DNA of 64,000 nucleotides from Actinomycetes bacterium. GTDB lineage: Bacteria > Actinomycetota > Actinomycetes > Actinomycetales > Cellulomonadaceae. The position numbers and the translations under genes are program-made. The DNA is taken from the NCBI GenBank assembly GCA_021778635.1, contig JAJYCD010000002.1, forward strand, positions 13,970-77,969. Reading direction: 5' to 3'. The notes beneath the pieces are model-generated. The model saw only the letters and a program-made list of their open reading frames with translations, searched no databases and had not been told where the DNA came from. Shown here in pieces: positions 58,082-64,000 of the stretch; the stretch's first letter is position 1, and every line of letters begins with the position of its first letter.

Positions 58082-58999
58082 ATGATCATCGACCTGCCTG
58101 GAACCACGACGAACGATGTGAACAAGCGGCTCGTCAAGCTCCGCGACGAGGGCGGCGCCGTCGCGCTCGGTCGCGTCCTCACCCTGGTCATCGATGTCGG
58201 TGATCGCGACGTCGAGGAGGCGGTCGCGGCCGCGAACGAGGCGAGCCACGAGCACCCGTGCCGGGTCATCGTCATCGCCCCTCGTGCCGCGGATACCGGC
58301 AACACCCTCAATGCCGAGATCCGGCTCGGCGGCGACGCCGGGGCGAGCGAAGTCGTCGTGCTCCGACCCTCCGGCGACCTCCCGGCTCACGGGGACACCC
58401 TCGTGATCCCGCTCCTCCTCCCGGACGCACCGATCGTCATCTGGTGGCCTTACGAGTCCCCGGAGAACCCGGCGGAGAGCCCGCTCGGCAGGATGGCCCA
58501 ACGGCGGATCACCGACGCAAGCCAGTGCGCGCACCCGTTCGAGACTCTCCGTCGCCTCAGCACCGTCTACACGGCTGGCGACACCGACCTCGCGTGGACG
58601 CGCGTCACCCTGTGGCGCGGGCTCCTCGCCGCCGCGCTCGACCAACCGCCGTACGAGCCGGTGCAGCGCGTCGTCGTGGCGGGCGAGAGCACGCACCCGT
58701 CGGTGGACATGATCGCTGCCTGGTTCGCCCAGGAGCTGCGCTGCCCCGTGGAGATCCGTCGTGAGCCCGACGCGCCGGCGATCACCGAGGTACGGCTCGA
58801 GCGGCGGTCCGGCGACATCGTGCTCTACCGCCCGGACGGCAAGACGGCCGCGCTACGTCAGCCTGACCAGCCCGAGCACCGCATCGCGCTGCCGATCCGG
58901 CAGCTCCAGGAGTGTCTCGCGGAAGAGCTGCGGCGTCTCGACCCCGACGAGGTCTACGGCGAGGTTCTCACCAAGGGACTGGCGAGGCTCGACGCATGA
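58082..58999 (+). CDS. opcA: glucose-6-phosphate dehydrogenase assembly protein OpcA
   Basis: 305 aa from ATG 58082 (MIIDLPGTTTNDVNKRLVKLRDEGG...GRVLTLVI), with GGGAGA upstream. The track ORF starts 15 nt earlier. Confidence 0.88.
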   Translation: MIIDLPGTTTNDVNKRLVKLRDEGGAVALGRVLTLVIDVGDRDVEEAVAAANEASHEHPCRVIVIAPRAADTGNTLNAEIRLGGDAGASEVVVLRPSGDLPAHGDTLVIPLLLPDAPIVIWWPYESPENPAESPLGRMAQRRITDASQCAHPFETLRRLSTVYTAGDTDLAWTRVTLWRGLLAAALDQPPYEPVQRVVVAGESTHPSVDMIAAWFAQELRCPVEIRREPDAPAITEVRLERRSGDIVLYRPDGKTAALRQPDQPEHRIALPIRQLQECLAEELRRLDPDEVYGEVLTKGLARLDA

Positions 59000-59757
59000 C
59001 CGCGCCGCAGGTGGTCGTGCACCCGGATGCCGCTGCGGTCGCCGAGGTCACCGCGGCTCGCCTGATCGTCACCCTCGTCGATCGTCAGTCCCTCCACGCA
59101 CCGCTGCACGTCGTGCTCACGGGTGGCACCGTCGGGATCGCGGTGCTCGCCGCGGTCAACAGCTCCCCCGCCCGCAACGCCGTCGACTGGTCCGAGGTTC
59201 ACCTCTGGTGGGGCGATGAACGCTTCCTGCCTGTCGGCCACGCCGACCGCAACGAGACCCAGGCACGGGCGGCCCTCCTGGACGGCCTCGGGATGGCCCT
59301 CCCCGCGGGCAACGTGCACCCGGTTCCCGCTGCGGGGTCCGCCGGGGTCACGACGGCGGAGGACGCAGCGGCCGCCTATGCGATCGAACTTGCGGCCTAC
59401 GCACCCCCCGGCACGGCGGGCCCGGCCTTCGACGTCGTCCTGCTCGGCATGGGACCCGACGGCCACGTCGCGTCGTTGTTCCCGGGTCATCCGGCCGCGA
59501 CGGCGTCAGGCGCGCCCACGGTCGCCGTCCACGATGCCCCGAAGCCGCCCCCGGAGCGCGTCTCGCTCACGGGCGAGGCGATCTGCGCGGCAGACACCGT
59601 ATGGATCGTGGTTGCCGGAGCGGAGAAGGCTCCGGCGGTCGCCGCTGCCCTGAGCGGTGCGGAGCTCCCTGCCGCTCACGTCCACGGTCGAGGAAGCACC
59701 CTGTGGCTCGTCGACGCGGCCGCTGCCGGGCCTGGGACCGGTACCTCGCCGGCGTAG
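58996..59757 (+). CDS. pgl: 6-phosphogluconolactonase
   Basis: 253 aa with an ATGA overlap with opcA. Motifs: LTGGTVG, WWGDERF, LLGMGPDGHVASLFPG. Confidence 0.9.
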   Translation: MTAPQVVVHPDAAAVAEVTAARLIVTLVDRQSLHAPLHVVLTGGTVGIAVLAAVNSSPARNAVDWSEVHLWWGDERFLPVGHADRNETQARAALLDGLGMALPAGNVHPVPAAGSAGVTTAEDAAAAYAIELAAYAPPGTAGPAFDVVLLGMGPDGHVASLFPGHPAATASGAPTVAVHDAPKPPPERVSLTGEAICAADTVWIVVAGAEKAPAVAAALSGAELPAAHVHGRGSTLWLVDAAAAGPGTGTSPA

Positions 59758-59880
59758 CCAACGCTTGTCCTGCGACTCACCCGGCACGAGTTCCCGGTGC
59801 GACCCCGGCGCGAACGGATCCGTACCGAGTGGTGTGGCAGGAAGACGCGCACCCGCACGCCGGGATGAGGGACCCGCGGT

Positions 59881-59903
59881 GCGGGGTCGACGTGAGACCC
59901 CGC
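59881..59903. terminator. GC-rich hairpin between convergent pgl and rbpA
   Basis: gcggggtc-gacgtga-gaccccgc, an 8-bp perfect stem with no U-tract. Confidence 0.3.
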
Positions 59904-59952
59904 CGGTCAGGATCGATCGACTGTCAGAGAACCCGCCGACCAGGAACGACTG

Positions 59953-60303
59953 TCAGGCTCCGCGCCGCCGTGCCCGCAGCGCCGCGAGGGCCTCGTCCAG
60001 GATGTCCATACCGTCCTGGTCGCTCCGCCGCTCCTTCACGTACGCGAGATGGGTCTTGTAGGGCTCGTTCTTGACCGGAGCGGGCGGGTTCTGCTGCTCC
60101 TGGCCTGCGGGGAAACCACATCGAGGGCAGTCCCACGTCGCGGGGGCGTCGTCGCGCGCCTCCTCGGCGAAGCTGGGCCTCGTCTCGTGCCCGTTGGCGC
60201 ACCAGTAGGAGATCGAGACCCGAGGCGCGGTGTCCCCTCGCTCGGCCTCGCCCATCGGCCCGGCGCCGACGCGGGAGCCTCTGATCGCACTGCCACTAGC
60301 CAC
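59953..60303 (-). CDS. rbpA: RNA polymerase-binding protein RbpA
   Basis: 116 aa. Motifs: RVSISYWCANGHET, WDCPRCGFPAG and EPYKTHLAYVKERRSD. Confidence 0.92.
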   Translation of the reverse strand: MASGSAIRGSRVGAGPMGEAERGDTAPRVSISYWCANGHETRPSFAEEARDDAPATWDCPRCGFPAGQEQQNPPAPVKNEPYKTHLAYVKERRSDQDGMDILDEALAALRARRRGA

Positions 60304-60318
60304 GATGATCCTCCGAAG

Positions 60319-60564
60319 TCACGGGGCGACGCGCTCGAGGAGCCCGAGCAGGATGATGATGACCGCCCAGACTGACGCCACGATGATGGTCAACCGGTTC
60401 AGGTTCCGCTCCGCGACCCCGGAGCTCCCGATGTTGCTCGTCACTCCCCCCCCGAACATGTCGGACAGCCCGCCGCCCTTGCCCTTGTGCAGGAGGACCA
60501 AGGGGATCAGGAGCAGGCTGGTGAGGCACAGCAGTGTCAAGAGGGTGATACGCAGGGCGGACAC
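60319..60564 (-). CDS. secG: preprotein translocase subunit SecG
   Basis: 81 aa with two TM helices flanking KGKGGGLSDMFGGG. Confidence 0.9.
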   Translation of the reverse strand: MSALRITLLTLLCLTSLLLIPLVLLHKGKGGGLSDMFGGGVTSNIGSSGVAERNLNRLTIIVASVWAVIIILLGLLERVAP

Positions 60565-60734
60565 GGTCTGAATCGATCCTCACGAGTACGGGAGCGGCCG
60601 CGGTGAGCGGTCGCTGTCAAGGGTAGGCGACGCGGAGCCGATCCGACCAACAGACTCGGCCGACCCGGCTGGTCGGCGTCGTTCCAGCGCGCCGAGCGCA
60701 CCGGAACGACGCCACCTCATGCCGTCGCCAGCGG

Positions 60735-61532
60735 TCAGAGTCCGACCTGGTGAGACTGGTACCGCGCGATCGCCGCGAACTCCTCGGCGTCGAGGCTTGC
60801 GCCTCCGACCAGGGCACCGTCCACGTCCGCCTGCGCCATGATCGACGCCACGTTCCCGGACTTCACCGAACCGCCGTAGAGCACGCGAACGCCGTCGGCG
60901 ATCTGCTGGCCGTAGAGCTCGGCGAGCTTGCCGCGAATGGCCGCACAGACCTCCTGGGCGTCCTCGGGCGTCGCGACCTCGCCGGTCCCGATCGCCCACA
61001 CCGGCTCGTACGCGATCACCACGCTCGCCACCTTGTCGGCGGGAAGACCCGCCAACGAGCCCTCGAGCTGGGCGAGCGTGTACTCGACCTGCTGGCCGGC
61101 CTTGCGGATCTCGAGACCTTCACCGACGCACACGATCGGGACGATGCCCTCGCTGAAGGCCGAGGCCGCCTTCGCCGCAACCGTGGCATCGCCCTCGTCG
61201 TGGTACTCCCGGCGCTCGGAGTGGCCGACCACGGCGTAGGTCACCCCGAGCTTGGCGAGCATCGAGGGAGAGATCTCGCCGGTGTACGCGCCACCGGCGT
61301 GCGCCGAGACGTCCTGCGCACCGTAGACGATCTCCAGCTTGTCCGCGTCGATGAGGGTCTGCACGCTCCGCAGGTCGGTGAACGGCGGGATCACCGCCAC
61401 CTCCACCGCACTGAAGTCGTGCTTCGCATCCTTGAGCGTCCAGGCGAGCTTCTGCACCAGCTGGATCGCCTGGTGATGGTCAAGGTTCATCTTCCAGTTG
61501 CCCGCCATCAGCGGGGTACGGCTCGTTGCCAC
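60735..61532 (-). CDS. tpiA: triose-phosphate isomerase
   Basis: 265 aa from GTG 61532 ([16 protein letters not shown]). Motifs: [18 protein letters not shown] and YGGSV. The upstream part of the track ORF runs into pgk. Confidence 0.93.
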   Translation of the reverse strand: MATSRTPLMAGNWKMNLDHHQAIQLVQKLAWTLKDAKHDFSAVEVAVIPPFTDLRSVQTLIDADKLEIVYGAQDVSAHAGGAYTGEISPSMLAKLGVTYAVVGHSERREYHDEGDATVAAKAASAFSEGIVPIVCVGEGLEIRKAGQQVEYTLAQLEGSLAGLPADKVASVVIAYEPVWAIGTGEVATPEDAQEVCAAIRGKLAELYGQQIADGVRVLYGGSVKSGNVASIMAQADVDGALVGGASLDAEEFAAIARYQSHQVGL

Positions 61533-61578
61533 ATCAGTCCTTCGATCGAGGGGAGGAAGCGGTGAGGTGAGTCGTCTC

Positions 61579-62769
61579 TCAGCTGTCGAGGACGGCGATA
61601 CCGGGAAGCGTCTTGCCCTCGAGGTACTCGAGGCTCGCGCCGCCACCGGTGGAGATGTGCCCGAACGCGCTCTCGTCGAAGCCGAGGAGCCGCACCGCCG
61701 CGGCAGAGTCGCCGCCGCCGACGATGCTGAAGCCCTCGGAGTCGACCATCGCCTGCGCGACGGCGCGGGTGCCGCCCGCGAATGCGGCGAACTCGAAGAC
61801 GCCCATCGGGCCGTTCCAGACGATGGTCTTGGCGTCGTGAATCTTGCTCGCGAACAACGCCTGCGACTCCGGACCGATGTCGAGACCGATCTTGCCGTCC
61901 GGGATGGCGTCCGCGGCGACGATCGTGTGCGCGGCATCTGCGGCGAACGAGTCTGCGGCGATGATGTCGGTCGGCAGGACGATCTCGACACCCTTCTCCT
62001 GGGCGAGCGAGAGGTAGCCCTTCACCGTCTCGACCTGGTCGGCCTCGAGCAGGGAGTTGCCGACCGAGTGACCCTGCGCGGCCAGGAACGTGAACACCAT
62101 GCCGCCGCCGATGAGGAGCCGGTCGGCCTTGCCGATCAGGTTCTCGATGACGCCGAGCTTGTCCGAGACCTTCGAACCGCCGAGAACGACCACGTACGGA
62201 CGCTCGGGGTTCTCCGTCGCCCGCTTGAGAGACTCGACCTCCTTGAGGACCAGGCTGCCGACCGCGGCGGGGAGCTTGAGCGCGATGTCGTACACGGAGG
62301 CCTGCTTGCGGTGCACGACGCCGAAGCCGTCGGAGACGTACACGTCTGCGAGACCGGCGAGATCATCGGCGAGCGATCCTCGCTCTGCCTCGTCCTTCGA
62401 CGTCTCACGCGGGTCGAACCGGATGTTCTCGAGCATCGCGACCTCACCCGCGGCGAGGGCCGCGACCGTGGCCTTGGCAGAGTCGCCGACGGTGTCGTCG
62501 GCGAGGTGGACGGGGACGCCGAGAAGCTCGCCGAGTCGCACGGCGACGGGAGCGAGCGAGTACTTGGCCTCCGGCGCGCCCTTGGGACGACCGAGATGGG
62601 CGGCGACGACGACCTTCGCGCCCGCGTCGAGCAGCGCCCTGATCGTCGGGACCGCCGCGCGGACCCGGCCGTCGTCGGTGATGGTCGTGCCGTCGAGGGG
62701 CACGTTGAGGTCGGAGCGAACGAGCACCGTCTTGCCGCTCAGGTCGCCCAGGTCGTCGATCGTCTTCAT
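61579..62769 (-). CDS. pgk: phosphoglycerate kinase
   Basis: 396 aa from ATG 62769 ([25 protein letters not shown]), with GCGAGGA upstream. Motifs: [17 protein letters not shown] and STGGGASLE. Confidence 0.95.
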   Translation of the reverse strand: MKTIDDLGDLSGKTVLVRSDLNVPLDGTTITDDGRVRAAVPTIRALLDAGAKVVVAAHLGRPKGAPEAKYSLAPVAVRLGELLGVPVHLADDTVGDSAKATVAALAAGEVAMLENIRFDPRETSKDEAERGSLADDLAGLADVYVSDGFGVVHRKQASVYDIALKLPAAVGSLVLKEVESLKRATENPERPYVVVLGGSKVSDKLGVIENLIGKADRLLIGGGMVFTFLAAQGHSVGNSLLEADQVETVKGYLSLAQEKGVEIVLPTDIIAADSFAADAAHTIVAADAIPDGKIGLDIGPESQALFASKIHDAKTIVWNGPMGVFEFAAFAGGTRAVAQAMVDSEGFSIVGGGDSAAAVRLLGFDESAFGHISTGGGASLEYLEGKTLPGIAVLDS

Positions 62770-62891
62770 GCTGCACATCCTCGCTGTGAGGTCGTCCGGG
62801 GGTGACATGACGGAGTCCACGAGCCCCGGTCGACCCGGAGGTCGCGCGGGGCCCGTGGACTCACGTCAGCTTCTTGCAGGAGCGACGAAGG

Positions 62892-63941
<1,050 letters not shown>

Positions 63942-64000
63942 TTACGTTGATGGTGAGCACGCACGCCGATGTGCGCTACCGAGGCCTTGCCAGGAGTGCG

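Noticed and set aside
59918-59956. Direct repeat cgactgtcag at 59918-59927 and 59947-59956 near the rbpA stop.
   Set aside because: It is a 10-nt repeat whose second copy overlaps the rbpA stop codon. It is short enough to arise by chance and has no associated structure.
60659-60677. Small hairpin gccgacc-cggct-ggtcggc between tpiA and secG, considered as a possible terminator.
   Set aside because: It has only a 7-bp stem and no U-tract, and the tpiA-secG arrangement is usually co-transcribed. The evidence is insufficient for a feature call.

Overview
This is a high-GC actinobacterial (Actinomycetota) chromosomal segment. I support about 58 protein-coding genes, one tRNA, three decayed genes and no rRNA, CRISPR array, transposase or integrase. 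From left to right: (1) a nine-gene A/V-type rotary ATPase operon (stalk-like, C, I, K, F, E, A, B, D), chained by 4-nt ATGA/GTGA overlaps, with a universal-stress-protein gene coupled to its last cistron. (2) A GDPD phosphodiesterase and a photolyase. (3) A decaprenyl-phospho-arabinose (DPA) cluster: DUF2233 glycosidase, PAP2 phosphatase and UbiA-type DPPR synthase, convergent with dprE2-dprE1. (4) A secreted coiled-coil wall-hydrolase-like protein, an MFS transporter and a polytopic membrane protein. (5) A 1665-aa PFOR-family 2-oxoacid oxidoreductase with a fused C-terminal ferredoxin-like domain, translationally coupled to a 954-aa NfnB/GltD-like plus NfnA/PyrK-like fusion. This is my top candidate for an undescribed system. 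(6) DUF2079, UbiB/ABC1 kinase and an LLM oxidoreductase. (7) An approximately 8-kb accessory-looking stretch next to tRNA-Pro(GGG). It holds a multiply frameshifted PP2C phosphatase pseudogene carrying a 17-bp x4 tandem repeat, a decayed COG4705-like membrane gene, DUF2277, an ABC-2 exporter, an MBL hydrolase, an MmyB-like regulator, a probable regulator remnant and DUF3105. (8) Conserved actinobacterial housekeeping synteny: gntR-MFS, der, plsC, cmk, tyrA, rluB, scpB, scpA, parA, xerD, ctaB, tkt-tal-zwf-opcA-pgl, rbpA, secG, tpiA, pgk, gap. Many long ORFs in the track are antisense or out-of-frame shadow ORFs typical of high-GC DNA and are rejected. All family assignments come from motif recognition by eye. 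No searches were run.
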